Below the pieces are notes generated by a model, which saw nothing but the letters and a program-made list of their open reading frames with translations, ran no database searches and was not told the origin of the DNA. Of a DNA stretch of 64,000 nt, positions 36,157-47,770 are shown piece by piece (the stretch's first letter is position 1; each line of letters opens with the position of its first letter). Position numbers and translations under genes: made by a program. Origin of the DNA: an uncultured Acidobacteriota bacterium (lineage in GTDB: Bacteria > Acidobacteriota > Vicinamibacteria > Fen-336); contig CAVUTB010000008.1 in NCBI GenBank assembly GCA_963744315.1, positions 65,349 through 129,348 on the forward strand, read 5' to 3'.

Positions 36157-36545
36157 CCGAAGAAAGCCCCGCTGATCGGGCCCACCGGCGCCAGGAACGG
36201 GACGGCGAGGAACAGGTCGCCGTTCTCGCCGATCGAGCGGCGATACGGGCGCAGCGGCGCCGGACGGACGGCGCCGTACCCGTTCGTCCAGAACGCCGCC
36301 CACCCGTACGCGGCGCGCGGCGAGCGGTAGAAGTCGGCGATCCCGTAGGCGGGGTCGTTCGGCAGCCCGGCCCAGGGGCCGAGCGGCGACTCGCCCGAGC
36401 GGTAGAAGGACGAGATGTCGTACGGGTGCTTGAGCACGCGGATCGCCGGACGCCGCGTCTCCTGCTGCTGCTGCTCCTCGGTGGCCTCCTGAGCGAAAGC
36501 ACCCGCCGCCGCCAGACTCAATGCGCACGCAATCGCGATCCGCAT
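36150..36545 (-). CDS. Small secreted aromatic-rich protein with three short internal repeats
   Basis: SD GAGGAG, signal peptide MRIAIACALSLAAAGAFA; YDISSFYRS, YGIADFYRS, YGWAAFWTN. Confidence 0.65.
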   Translation of the reverse strand: MRIAIACALSLAAAGAFAQEATEEQQQQETRRPAIRVLKHPYDISSFYRSGESPLGPWAGLPNDPAYGIADFYRSPRAAYGWAAFWTNGYGAVRPAPLRPYRRSIGENGDLFLAVPFLAPVGPISGAFFGY

Positions 36546-36729
36546 CGTCGTTCTCCTCACGCAGTCTAATACGTCCTGCCCGGAATCCATTCCCGTGACG
36601 CGGATTACAACCGTGTGCGCTCAAATCGCCGCGAACGCAAATCGCATGCCCCAGGTCACGCTGCTGTCACAAAGTGCAAACTGCATCAACTGGCTCATTC
36701 CATTGGTGTTGTAGAACCCCTGCCGCCGA

Positions 36730-36764
36730 CTTTCCACAGGGTTTTCCACAGAGTGTGTGGAAAC
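36730..36764. promoter_or_regulatory. Cluster of three DnaA-box-like 9-mers
   Basis: CTTTCCACA (36730-36738), TTTTCCACA (36742-36750), inverted TGTGGAAAC (36756-36764) vs consensus TTWTNCACA, within an AT-richer intergenic region of about 350 bp. Confidence 0.65.
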
Positions 36765-36892
36765 AGAAAAACACCCTGCGGCGGATCGAACGCAGCGATG
36801 AAGGCGCGGGGGGATGTTCGCTCGTCGCAAAGAAGAGATAATCGCCGTTCGTTTTGCACTCCGGACGTCACCGTGAGGGAAAGGAACAGGCG

Positions 36893-38478
36893 TTGAGCGT
36901 GCGCATACTCGTCCTCGAGGGCATCACCGAGCGCGGAGCCGAGATCCTCCGCTCCGAAGGCTGGACGCTGGACATGGAGAAGGCGCTGCCGCCGGCCGAG
37001 CTGGTGAAGAAGGTGGCTCCGTACCAGGCGATCCTGGTCCGCAGCGGCAGCCAGATGACGGCCGAGGTGATCGACGCGGCCAAGAACCTCAAGGTCATCG
37101 GCCGGGCCGGCGTCGGCGTCGACAACGTCGACCTCCAGGCGGCGACGCGCCGCGGAGTGCTCGTGATGAACTCGCCGGGCGGGAACACCATCTCGACCGC
37201 CGAGCTGGCCGTGGCGCTGATGCTGGCGCTGTCGCGCAACCTCGCCGCCCGCCGACGCCTCGATGAAGGCGGGGACCTGGGATCGCAAGACCTTCGCGGG
37301 CGTCGAGCTCTTCGGCAAGCGGCTCGGGGTGGTGGGCTTCGGGCGGATCGGCCGCGAGGTGGCCGCCCGCGGCCGCGCCTTCGGGATGGAGGTCCAGGCT
37401 TTCGACCCCTTCGTCTCGCCCGCACTGGCCGAGAAGCCCCACGTCACCCTCCGGAGCCTGGACGAGCTGCTCCAGACCTCCGACTACATCTCGCTGCACA
37501 CGACGCTCACGGCGGAGACGAAGCACCTGATCGGGAAGGACGCGCTCACCAAGGTCAAGGCCGGCGTGCGGATCGTGAACGCCGCGCGCGGCGAGCTGAT
37601 CGAGGACGAGGCGCTGCTCGGAGCACTCGACAGCGGTCGCGTGGCGGGCGCCGCGCTCGACGTCCACGCGCAGGAGCCTCCCAAGGACTGGCGGCTCGCC
37701 AAGCACCCCAAGGTACTGGCGCTGCCGCACCTCGGCGCTCGACGAAGGAGGCGCAGGAGCGCGTCGGCACCGACATCGCGCAGCAGGTGCGCGACTACCT
37801 GAAGGGCGGCGTGATCCAGTCGGCCGTCAACTTCTACTCGCTCGCCGGCGACCTCTACGACAAGGTGCGCCCGGCGATGGACCTCGCCGAGCGGCTGGGG
37901 CTCTTCGTGGGCCAGGCCTGCAAGGGCTCGCTCGAGCGGCTGGAGCTCGGGGTCTACGGCGACCTGCGCGAGATCGACGTCAAGCCGATCCTGGCGGCCG
38001 CCGTCACCGGCGTGCTGCGTCCGCACATGGCCGAGGGGCTCACGCTCGTGAACGCGCTCGACGTCGCCCGCGAGCGCAAGATCGAGATCCTGGAGTCGAC
38101 CTCCACGGCCGCGGTGAGCTTCGCCAACCTGGTGGTGCTGCGCCTCAAGACGAGCGAGGAGGAGCTGCAGGTCGCGGGGACCGTCTTCGGCGGCGGGCAC
38201 CTTCGGCTCGTCGACGTGGACAGCGTCGAGGTCGACACGATCCCGCAGGGCAACGTGCTCGTGGTGCGAACGACGACACGCCCGGCATCGTCGGAAAGGT
38301 CGGGACCCTGCTCGGCTCGCACGGCGTCAACATCGCCCGCATGGGCCTCGGCCGAAAGCCCGGCAGCGGCCGCGCGATCATGCTGATCGAGGTCGACGGC
38401 GAGGTGCAGGGCGCGGTGATCGACGAGCTCGCGCGCGTGCCCGGGATCCGCGAGGCGCGCTTCCTCCGGCTCGGCTGA
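36893..38478 (+). CDS. serA: D-3-phosphoglycerate dehydrogenase (long form with ACT domain), frameshifted
   Basis: GRAGVGVDNVD, NSPGGNTISTAE, GFGRIG, SLHT, VNAARG, ALDV, PHLG; C-terminal ASB/ACT region. Confidence 0.95.
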
Positions 38479-38522
38479 CGCGAGGCCGTGCCGTTCGCGG
38501 TTATTCTGGGCACGGCTCTCCG

Positions 38523-40283
38523 ATGAAGCTGCTGCTCGCGTACCTGCGCCCGCACTGGAAGCTCGTGCTGCTGGCCCTGCTGCTGGCCACGATCAACCAG
38601 GTCTTCTCGCTGCTCGACCCGCTCATCTTCCAGCGCGTGATCGACCAGTACGCCACGCGCTTCGACCACTACACGACCGCCGAGTTCCTGCGCGGCGTGA
38701 GCCTGCTGCTGCTGGCCGCGGTCGGCGTCGCCTTCGTCTCGCGCGTGGCCAAGAACTTCCAGGACTACTTCCTGAACGTGGTCACGCAGCGGCTCGGCGC
38801 GCGGCTCTACGCCGACGGCATCCGCCACTCGCTCGAGCTGCCCTACCAGCTGTTCGAGGACCAGAGGAGCGGCGAGACGCTCGGCAAGCTGCAGAAGGTC
38901 AGGAGCGACGTCGAGAGGCTGATGGCGGTCTCGATCAACGTCGTGTTCCAGACGCTGGTCGGCGTCGTCTTCGTGGTGATCTACGCCTTCAGCGTGCACT
39001 GGCTGATCGCGCCCGTCTACTTCGCGACCGTGCCGATCCTGGGGTGGCTGTCGTCGGTGCTGTCGCGCCGGATCAAGACGGTCCAGAAGCGGATCGTGGC
39101 CGAGACCACGGCGCTCGCCGGCTCCACCACCGAGTCGCTGCGCAACATCGAGCTCGTGAAGAGCATGGGGCTCGGCGCCCAGGAGATCGCTCGGCTGAAC
39201 GCCACCACCAACCGCATCCTGGGGCTCGAGCTGCAGAAGGTGCGCTACCTCCGCAGCCTCAGCTTCGTCCAGGGCACGGCCGTGAACGCGCTCCGCACCT
39301 CGATCCTGTTCCTGATGCTCTACCTGATCTTCGCGCGGCAGATCAGCGTCGGGCAGTTCTTCGCGCTCTGGATCTACTCCTTCTTCATCTTCGGCCCGCT
39401 GCAGGAGCTCGGGACGGTGATCGGCGTCTACCGGGAGACCGAGGTCTCGCTCGCCAACTTCCAGGAGCTGCTCGACGCGCCGCGCGAGCCGCGGCCCGAG
39501 AATCCCGTGCGGGTGGGGGAGCTCACCCGGCTCGCGTTCGAGAAGGTCTCCTTCACGCACCTGACGGCCACGGCGCCGGCGGTGCAGGACGTGAGCTTCG
39601 AGCTGCGGCGCGGCGAGACGGTGGCGTTCGTCGGACCCTCGGGCTCGGGCAAGACGACGCTCGTCAAGCTGCTGGTCGGCCTCTACCGCCCGCAGGGCGG
39701 CCTCATCCTCTACGACGACACGCCGCACGACCGCGTCGACCTCGAGGGGCTGCGCGAGCGGATCGGCTTCGTGACCCAGGACACGCAGCTCTTCTCGGGC
39801 TCGATCCGCGAGAACCTGCTGTTCGTGCGGCCCGACGCGACGGACGCCGAGTGCCTGGAGGTGCTCCAGCGCGCGGCCTGCCAGCCCCTGCTCGCGCGCG
39901 CCGAGCGCGGGCTCGACACCCTGATCGGCGAGGGCGGGGTCAAGGTGTCGGGCGGCGAGAAGCAGCGGCTGTCGATCGCGCGCGCGCTGCTGCGGCGGCC
40001 GCACCTGCTGGTGTTCGACGAGGCCACCTCGGCGCTCGACTCGCTCACCGAGCAGGAGGTGAGCCGCACGATCCGCGAGGTGGCCACGGACCGCCGCGTG
40101 ATGACCGTGCTGATCGCGCACCGGCTGTCGACCGTGCTCCACGCCGACCGCATCTACGTGCTCGAGCGGGGACACGTCGTCGAAAAGGGGCGCCACGACG
40201 AGCTGCTCGAGCAGAAGGGGCTCTACTACGCGATGTGGCGGCAGCAGGTCGGCGAACGGCGGCTCGAGCCGGTGCCCGCTTGA
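38523..40283 (+). CDS. ABC exporter, fused permease/ATPase (MsbA/ABCB-like)
   Basis: Six TM helices, [36 protein letters not shown]; intact ORF. Confidence 0.95.
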   Translation: MKLLLAYLRPHWKLVLLALLLATINQVFSLLDPLIFQRVIDQYATRFDHYTTAEFLRGVSLLLLAAVGVAFVSRVAKNFQDYFLNVVTQRLGARLYADGIRHSLELPYQLFEDQRSGETLGKLQKVRSDVERLMAVSINVVFQTLVGVVFVVIYAFSVHWLIAPVYFATVPILGWLSSVLSRRIKTVQKRIVAETTALAGSTTESLRNIELVKSMGLGAQEIARLNATTNRILGLELQKVRYLRSLSFVQGTAVNALRTSILFLMLYLIFARQISVGQFFALWIYSFFIFGPLQELGTVIGVYRETEVSLANFQELLDAPREPRPENPVRVGELTRLAFEKVSFTHLTATAPAVQDVSFELRRGETVAFVGPSGSGKTTLVKLLVGLYRPQGGLILYDDTPHDRVDLEGLRERIGFVTQDTQLFSGSIRENLLFVRPDATDAECLEVLQRAACQPLLARAERGLDTLIGEGGVKVSGGEKQRLSIARALLRRPHLLVFDEATSALDSLTEQEVSRTIREVATDRRVMTVLIAHRLSTVLHADRIYVLERGHVVEKGRHDELLEQKGLYYAMWRQQVGERRLEPVPA

Positions 40284-40309
40284 GCGATGTCTGAGGAGAT
40301 GAGGACCGC

Positions 40310-40879
40310 ATGACCGTCAACGTGACCGAGCTGTCGCGCGGCGACATCCTGGAGATCGACGGCGACCCCTGGCAGGCGACCGAGCTGCAGTCGCAGACGC
40401 CGTCGGCGCGCGGCGCGAGCCTGCTGGTGAAGGCGAAGCTCAAGAACCTGCGCACCGGCCAGACGCTCGCGAAGACCTGGCGCGGCGGCGAGACCGTCAC
40501 CACGGCCGAGGTCGAGTACCGCCCGGCGCAGTTCCTCTACCGCCAGGGAGACGACTTCGTGTTCATGGATCTCGTGAGCTACGACCAGACGACACTCCAC
40601 GCCGAGCACGTCGGCGACGCGGCCGGCTACCTGCTCGAGAACGTCGAGGTGAAGACGGTGCTCTTCCAGGAGCGCGTCATCTCGCTCAACCTGCCGATGA
40701 CCGTCGACCTCCTGGTGAAGGAGACGACGCCGTCGATGAAGGGCGCCACGGCGCAGGCCCAGCTCAAGCCGGCCACCGTCGAGACGGGGATCTCGGTCCT
40801 GGTCCCGTCCTACATCGAGGAAGGCGAGAGGATCCGCGTCGACACCCGCGACGGCCGCTTCGTCGAGCGCGCGAAGTAG
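40310..40879 (+). CDS. efpL: Elongation factor P-like protein (EfpL/YeiP type)
   Basis: EF-P fold motifs (QFLY, FMDLVSYDQ, KPATVETG, VPSYI.EGE.I.VDT); loop TPSARGA instead of PGKG. Confidence 0.8.
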   Translation: MTVNVTELSRGDILEIDGDPWQATELQSQTPSARGASLLVKAKLKNLRTGQTLAKTWRGGETVTTAEVEYRPAQFLYRQGDDFVFMDLVSYDQTTLHAEHVGDAAGYLLENVEVKTVLFQERVISLNLPMTVDLLVKETTPSMKGATAQAQLKPATVETGISVLVPSYIEEGERIRVDTRDGRFVERAK

Positions 40880-40888
40880 CGGCGTGAT

Positions 40889-42310
40889 CTAGAACTCGAA
40901 CGCGCCGATGTCGATCGGGCCGACGATCACCCGTGGCGCGCTCGACTGGTGCTTCACGTACTCCCGGACCACGGCGTGGTCGGGCAGCACGGCCGGGTTC
41001 AGCGCGACGCCCGAGTCGCGCAGCGCCGAGGTCGACGTGAGCGAATAATCCTGGCCGGCCTCGTCCACGAAGCCGGGTGTTGCGCCGGTGAGCGTGCCGT
41101 TGTTCGTGATCGTGCCCTTCGGCCGGTTCACGGCGAACGGCGACCACGCGGTCTTGAACCAGTTGGCCGTGAGCGTGAGCCGGCCGTAGCTGTCGAGCAC
41201 CTTCAGGTTCGCGCCGGCGGCGGTCACGTACACCACGTTGTTGCGGGCGTCGCAGCTCTCGTCGTTCGTGGAGAGGCGGAACAGCCGCGTCGCGTCCGTG
41301 CGGTCGGAGACGACGGTGTTGTTGTAGAAGTAGAGCGTTCCCTTGCGCCACTTCTGGGCCGAGCCCGTGTCGCCTCCGTAGTGGACGATGTCGTTGTTGC
41401 CGCTGTTCGGGTGCTCGATCACGACGTTGCCGTAGACGTGGGTCGCGCGGTAGCGCGGGTCGGCGCGGATCGCCGCGCTGTCCTCGGCGTTGACGAGGTC
41501 GAGCTGGCGGTTGGCGCCCTCGATCCAGTTGTAGCGCACGACGAGGCCGGCCGAGCGGTCCTTGAGGTTGTTGCCGCCTGCGCCGGGGAAGGTCGGGCCG
41601 AAGTGGTTGTACTGGTAGGTCACGCCGATCGCCGCGACGTAGACGTTGTGCTCGAAGTTGCTCCCGACGTTGCCGTTGTCGTGGATGTAGTTGTTCTCGA
41701 GCAGCAGGTTGCGGGTGACGATCGTGTCGGTGGAGAAGGCGAAGAAGCCGTTGCCGTTGTTGTTGAGGTCGCAGTTGCGCACCGTGATGTTCTCGCCGAA
41801 CTCGAGGTAGATCGAGGAGGCGGGGGCGGTGTAGCTCTCCTGCGTTCCGTCGGGCCCGGTGAAGGTGTTGGGCGGCCGCGCGCCGCGGATCTCCAGGTTC
41901 TCGATCACGAGCCATTGGGGCATCACGGTCGTGCCGTCGGCGAACGGGACGGTCGAGCCGCCGATCTTGATCACACCCCGGCCGCGGCTGTAGTAGTCGA
42001 GCTGTGCGCGGGTCGTGGCGCCGTTGCCGTCGAGCACCGGCCGCTCGCCGTTCGGGCCGAGCACGCCGCGCACCGTGATCGGCGCAGCCTGGGTGCCGAT
42101 GCGGGAGAGGACGAACTTCTCCTTGTACGGCGTCGGCCGGTGGTAGATGAGTACGGTGTCCCCGGCGTTCAACGATTCCCAAGGCACGTCACCCACGCTC
42201 GCCAGGGGCTTGCCGGGGCCGACCTCGTAGGTCACGGCATCGGACGCACAGGGCAGCAGGGTGGCGAGGGCGGCGGTGACGAACGACAGGGTGACGGACC
42301 TGCTGTTCAT
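40889..42310 (-). CDS. Secreted right-handed beta-helix protein (polysaccharide lyase/pectin lyase-like fold)
   Basis: Signal peptide; Asn-ladder repeats (ENITVRNCDLNNNGNG, ENNYIHDNGN, VVRYNWIE, VYGNVVI, FYNNTVV); C-terminal PGFVD..DYSL...DIGAFE. Confidence 0.82.
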   Translation of the reverse strand: MNSRSVTLSFVTAALATLLPCASDAVTYEVGPGKPLASVGDVPWESLNAGDTVLIYHRPTPYKEKFVLSRIGTQAAPITVRGVLGPNGERPVLDGNGATTRAQLDYYSRGRGVIKIGGSTVPFADGTTVMPQWLVIENLEIRGARPPNTFTGPDGTQESYTAPASSIYLEFGENITVRNCDLNNNGNGFFAFSTDTIVTRNLLLENNYIHDNGNVGSNFEHNVYVAAIGVTYQYNHFGPTFPGAGGNNLKDRSAGLVVRYNWIEGANRQLDLVNAEDSAAIRADPRYRATHVYGNVVIEHPNSGNNDIVHYGGDTGSAQKWRKGTLYFYNNTVVSDRTDATRLFRLSTNDESCDARNNVVYVTAAGANLKVLDSYGRLTLTANWFKTAWSPFAVNRPKGTITNNGTLTGATPGFVDEAGQDYSLTSTSALRDSGVALNPAVLPDHAVVREYVKHQSSAPRVIVGPIDIGAFEF

Positions 42311-42612
42311 GGGGGGAACCTCGTTCGGCCAGATCTCGAGCTCGACTCTGCCGACGCATCGGCCAGCCGGAACAGCAAACGACAACAATCGACAGGAAAT
42401 GAAGATCGGCTGAAGCCCAAAATAGGCCTCGATCCACTTCAGTCAAGGACAATCGCTGTCGGGAACTTTCGTTTCCAACCGCCGGCCGGTCGCGGTATCG
42501 TCTCCTCGTGGGCTCCTCATCGGAGGAGGCCCGCCCATCCCGAAAGACCTCGCGCGTGCCGGAGGTCCGATTCGCCTCCACGGCTCAGAGCGAGCGGTCG
42601 AAAGGAGGAACG

Positions 42613-43162
42613 ATGCGAGCGAACCGTCGAAGTGGCTATTGCTGGCGTGCTGCTGGCGTCCGTGCTGGCCTCCGTTGCGGGTGAGGCCGCCCAACCCACG
42701 GCGCCGTTCACTGCCGAGAGGGCGAGCCGGTTGATCGCGGAGCTGGGACCGCAGAAAGCGGCAGAGCAGGTGCTGAACGACTCGCCGACGCTCGAGGCCG
42801 TCGCCGCGGGTGTCGCCGGCGGAAGCCGCGAGTGGCTGGACGTGGGGACCCAGCTCATCGGCGTCGCCGAGTCCTACCTGAAGGACCGGCTCACGCAGTC
42901 GTTCAGCATCGCGCTCCAGCACGACGCGGCCGCCGTGCTCGCGCGAGGGGCTGCGGGCGTGCCGCTCCAGGCGGTGTGCAGCTACGACCCGCTCATGGGG
43001 GCGGAGACCCAGCCGACGCGCCGCCAATTCGAGTCGGCGGTCGCGCTGCGCGAGCGTGCCGTAGGCGCCGTCCAGCGTGCCGACCTCGCCGCCGCGAAGA
43101 GCACCTGCCTGAATGCCGTGTCCGAGCTGCGGGCCACCGGCGGCAAGCAGTACCAGCCCTGA
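42613..43162 (+). CDS. Secreted helical hypothetical protein (frameshift near N-terminus)
   Basis: SD AGGAGG; signal-like IAGVLLASVLASVAGEA; two Cys. Confidence 0.55.
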
Positions 43163-43241
43163 GCGGTCGTCGACCGCCGTGGCGCCATCGGAAACTACAT
43201 TGGCGCGTTTTGCTAATGACCTCGGCCTGCCCGCAGGCTAA

Positions 43242-44288
<1,047 letters not shown>

Positions 44289-44305
44289 ACGTCCGAGGAG
44301 AACTG

Positions 44306-45246
44306 ATGTCCGACTCGTCCGTCCGAGGCAGAGCCATCAACAACCGGTTCGGCGTGACGCGCAGGCAGTTCGTCCGTGACAGTGCTGCGCTACTGGCGGG
44401 GAGCGGCCCTGGCGGCCGAGGCAGAGTCGCTGCTGGCGGCTCCGGCTCCCGCCGCAGCCTGGCCGATCGGCTGCTTCAACCGGCCGTGGACGAAGTGGAG
44501 CTTCGACGAGACGCTGAAGGCCGTCCAGGCCGCGGGCTACTCCACGATCGGACTGCTGACGCGGACGAAAGCCGACCCGTTCATCGCGGCCGACGCGACC
44601 GCCGAGTATCTCGAGGGCCTGAAGCGCACGCTGGCGGCGAGCGGCCTGGCGGTGAACATGGCCGCTCTGCGCAGCCGTTACGACGTCCCGCTCGAAGACG
44701 ACGGTGAAGGGGCTCCAGAAGGAGATCGACAACGCGGCGTTCCTGGGGCTGCAGTACGTGATGACGTTCGGGGTCGACGAGCCGGCGCAGTTCGACCGCT
44801 ACTTCCAGTCGATGGCCGCGGCCGCCGCCCACGGCGCGGAGAAGGGCGTGCAGGTCGTGATGAAGCCGCACGGCGGGAGCAGCGGTGCGTCGGAAGAGAT
44901 CCTCGCGGCGATGAAGAGGGTGGGCCACCCGAACTTCAAGATCTGGTACGACGCGGGCAACATCATCCACTACACCGGCAAGAACCCGGTCGAGGAGCTC
45001 AAGCCGGTCGCGCACCACGTCACGGGGTTCTGCGCGAAGGACTGCGCCGAGCCGAAGGGCGACGTGATGATCCAGTTCGGCGCCGGCAAGGTGGACTTCG
45101 CGGGCGTCTTCAAGGTACTGAAGTCGGCCGGGTTCGACGGTCCGATCATGGTCGAGTGCTGCGCCGTGGGTGAGACGCCGGAGGCGACCGCCGCCAACGC
45201 GCGCGCGAACCGCGAGTTCCTGCAGAAGGTGCTGGCGGCCGTCTAG
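44306..45246 (+). CDS. Sugar phosphate isomerase/epimerase TIM-barrel protein with Tat signal, frameshifted
   Basis: TRRQF twin-Arg; KPHGG, WYDAGN, FCAKD, G.GKVDF, MVEC. Confidence 0.82.
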
Positions 45247-45426
45247 CGTTTCATCTGATCACGCTCGTTCGCCTCGGCGGAAACGCTCCGTCCCGAAGAT
45301 GGTCATTGCACGCACGAACTACGGCTACATCTGCGCGCGCCAGCCGCGAAGCCACGACAAAGACGTGACCACAAAGTTACTTGGTGGTCTAATCTAGGGC
45401 CGTGCAGCCTCACAGATGAGACAGCC

Positions 45427-46707
45427 ATGGAATCGCACACGCTCGTTGCACGAGGCGAGCTGCGGAGCACCGCTGCTGCGGAAGTCCTCCGCAAGGTGAA
45501 CCGGGGTTCGACAGCCGACTGGCCCGTCGTCATCCTGTCCGGAGGCGTGACGGGGCTCGGAGTGCTCCGTGCGTTTTCGCGTCGGGGCGTCCGGGCGTAC
45601 ATCTACCCCGCGATCGGGGACGACGTCACCCGGCGGTCGAGGTGGTTCGCGCCGCTGCCGGGCTGCGGCGTCGTCGACAAGTCGCCCACGCCGAGCGTGG
45701 AGCTGCTCGAGAAGATCCTCGCCGAGTCCGGGCTCGAACGCGCGTACCTCTGCGCCTGCAGCGACGACTGGAACCGGCTGGTCGCGGAATACCTCGAGCG
45801 TGGTGGAGGCCGCTTCGTCGGCGTCGTGCCGCCGCTCGCGGCGCTCGCCACGCTGCAGAACAAGGGGCAGTTCGCGCTCCTGCTCCAGCGGCTCGGCGTG
45901 CCGATGCCGAAGACGCGCCTCATCAGCAGCGCCGCGGACATTCCCGAGCTGCCGCAGACCGACGAGACCTTCTTCTTCCTCAAGCCGACCGATTCCCAGA
46001 GCTTCCTCGAGCGTTTCGGCACCAAGGGCCTGCGCGTGCGCACCGCGGACGATGCCCGGCGGCGCCTCGACGAGGTGACCGCGGCCGGCATGAGCGTGGT
46101 GCTGCAGGAGTACATCCCGGGTCCCTTCTCCGACCACTACTTCATCGACGGCTACGTCGACCAGCGCGGCGCGCTCCAGGCACTGTTTCCGCGCCGCCGT
46201 CTGCGCATCTATCCGCCCGACTTCGGCAACAGCACCTCGATGGTGAGCGTGGCGCTCGCCGACGTCGAGGGCGCCGTCGACACCTTGAAGCAGGTGCTCG
46301 CGGCCGTGAGCTATCGCGGCATCTTCTCCGCCGAGTTCAAGCGCGACGCCCGCGACGGACTCTTCAAGCTGCTCGAGGTCAACGCGCGCCCCTGGTGGTT
46401 CATCGACTTCGCGGTGCGCTGCGGCGTGGACGTGTGCCGCATGGCGTACGACGACGCGCTCGGCCGCCCCGTGCCGCCGCTCGAGCAGTATCGGATCGGC
46501 GCGACGTGCATCTACCCGTACTACGACTTTTTCGCCATGCGGCCGCTCGTCCGCGCCGGGCAGGCCGGCTGGGGCCGCTGGACCTCGGAGCTCGGGCGCG
46601 CGCTGCAGCCGATCGCCTGCTGGGACGACCCGCTACCGGGCATCGTCGGCTTGACCAAGGTCCTTGCCGCCGCGCTCGCGCACCGCGTGACGAGACGGCA
46701 CGCGTGA
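45427..46707 (+). CDS. ATP-grasp carboxylate-amine ligase (D-aspartate ligase-like)
   Basis: LQNKGQF, FLKP, VLQEYIPG, SAEFKRDARDGLFKLLEVNARPW, WDDPLPG; intact ORF. Confidence 0.87.
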   Translation: MESHTLVARGELRSTAAAEVLRKVNRGSTADWPVVILSGGVTGLGVLRAFSRRGVRAYIYPAIGDDVTRRSRWFAPLPGCGVVDKSPTPSVELLEKILAESGLERAYLCACSDDWNRLVAEYLERGGGRFVGVVPPLAALATLQNKGQFALLLQRLGVPMPKTRLISSAADIPELPQTDETFFFLKPTDSQSFLERFGTKGLRVRTADDARRRLDEVTAAGMSVVLQEYIPGPFSDHYFIDGYVDQRGALQALFPRRRLRIYPPDFGNSTSMVSVALADVEGAVDTLKQVLAAVSYRGIFSAEFKRDARDGLFKLLEVNARPWWFIDFAVRCGVDVCRMAYDDALGRPVPPLEQYRIGATCIYPYYDFFAMRPLVRAGQAGWGRWTSELGRALQPIACWDDPLPGIVGLTKVLAAALAHRVTRRHA

Positions 46708-47770
46708 GCTCGGCCGGGTCCGGCGGGCAGGGCGCGGGGGTCACCGCGCGCGAGCTGGTCGCCGCGGACCTTCCTGGCTGGCGTGAGCTGCTGGCGCGCT
46801 CCGAGCAGGGTGGGCCCTACGCGGTGCCCGAGTACCTCGCGGCGCTCTGCGCGGCCACGGGCGGCAGCTACCGCATCGTCGGAGTGTTCCTGAACGGGCA
46901 GCTGGCCGCCGGAGCGGCGCTCTACGAGACCGCGGCCCGCAGGGGGCGCGCGGTGGGCAATCGCACGCTGCTCTACTACAACGGTGTCGTACTCGGCTTG
47001 CCGCCGAAGAAATTCCATTCCGACCGCACCGCGCAGCTTCGTCCGTGCTGGCGGCGCTGGAGCGCCACGTGGCCGGAATGGGGTACGCCCACGTGCTCCT
47101 GCACTGCGACCCGTCGGTGACGGACGTGCGCCCGTTTCTCGCGCAGGGCTGGCTGCCGGGCGTCTCCTACACCTACGTCGTCGCGCTCGACGACCTCGAA
47201 GCGCAGTGGGAGCGCGTCGACCAGAACCTGCGGCGGCTGATCAAGCGCTGCGAGAAGGAGGGCGTCGCGTATCGCGAGGACGCCGACGTCGAGGCGCTCT
47301 TCCGGCTGCACCTGCAGACGCACCAGCGCAAGGGCGCGCCGCTCTACCTGCCGCAGCCGGCGTTCCGGCGCTACTTCGAGCAGGCGCACGCGGCGGGGCT
47401 CGCGCGGCTCGGGCACGCCGTCTTCGACGGCAAGGTGATCGCGTCGCAGCTGATGCTGACCGGCCCGGGGCGAGTCGCGCACACCGTCTGTGCGGGCGCC
47501 GACGAGGACTACCTGCGCATGGGCGCGAGCGCCTTCCTGCGCTGGCGCGCCTTCGAGTCGCTGGCGCAGGCGGGCTATGCCGCGAACGACCTGACCGACG
47601 CCTCGCTCAATCCGGTGACGCGATTCAAGAGCCAGCTGGGCGGCGAGCTGACGGCGACGCTGTCCGTCTCGAAGACGTTCTCGCAGCTCTACGCGCTCGA
47701 AACGGCCCTGCGCGACCTGAAGGCGCGTCTCGCGGCGCGCAGGCGCGCCCCCCGCCCGGAGCCGGAATGA
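46704..47770 (+). CDS. FemAB-like/GNAT family protein, frameshifted
   Basis: TYVVAL, NLRRLIKRCEKEG, HLQTHQRK, GASAFLRW, DLTDA, RFKSQLGG; GTGA overlap with ATP-grasp gene. Confidence 0.8.

Noticed and set aside
36594-36609. CRP/FNR-like site CGTGA-N6-TTACA
   Set aside because: Two mismatches and no supporting context; too weak to call.
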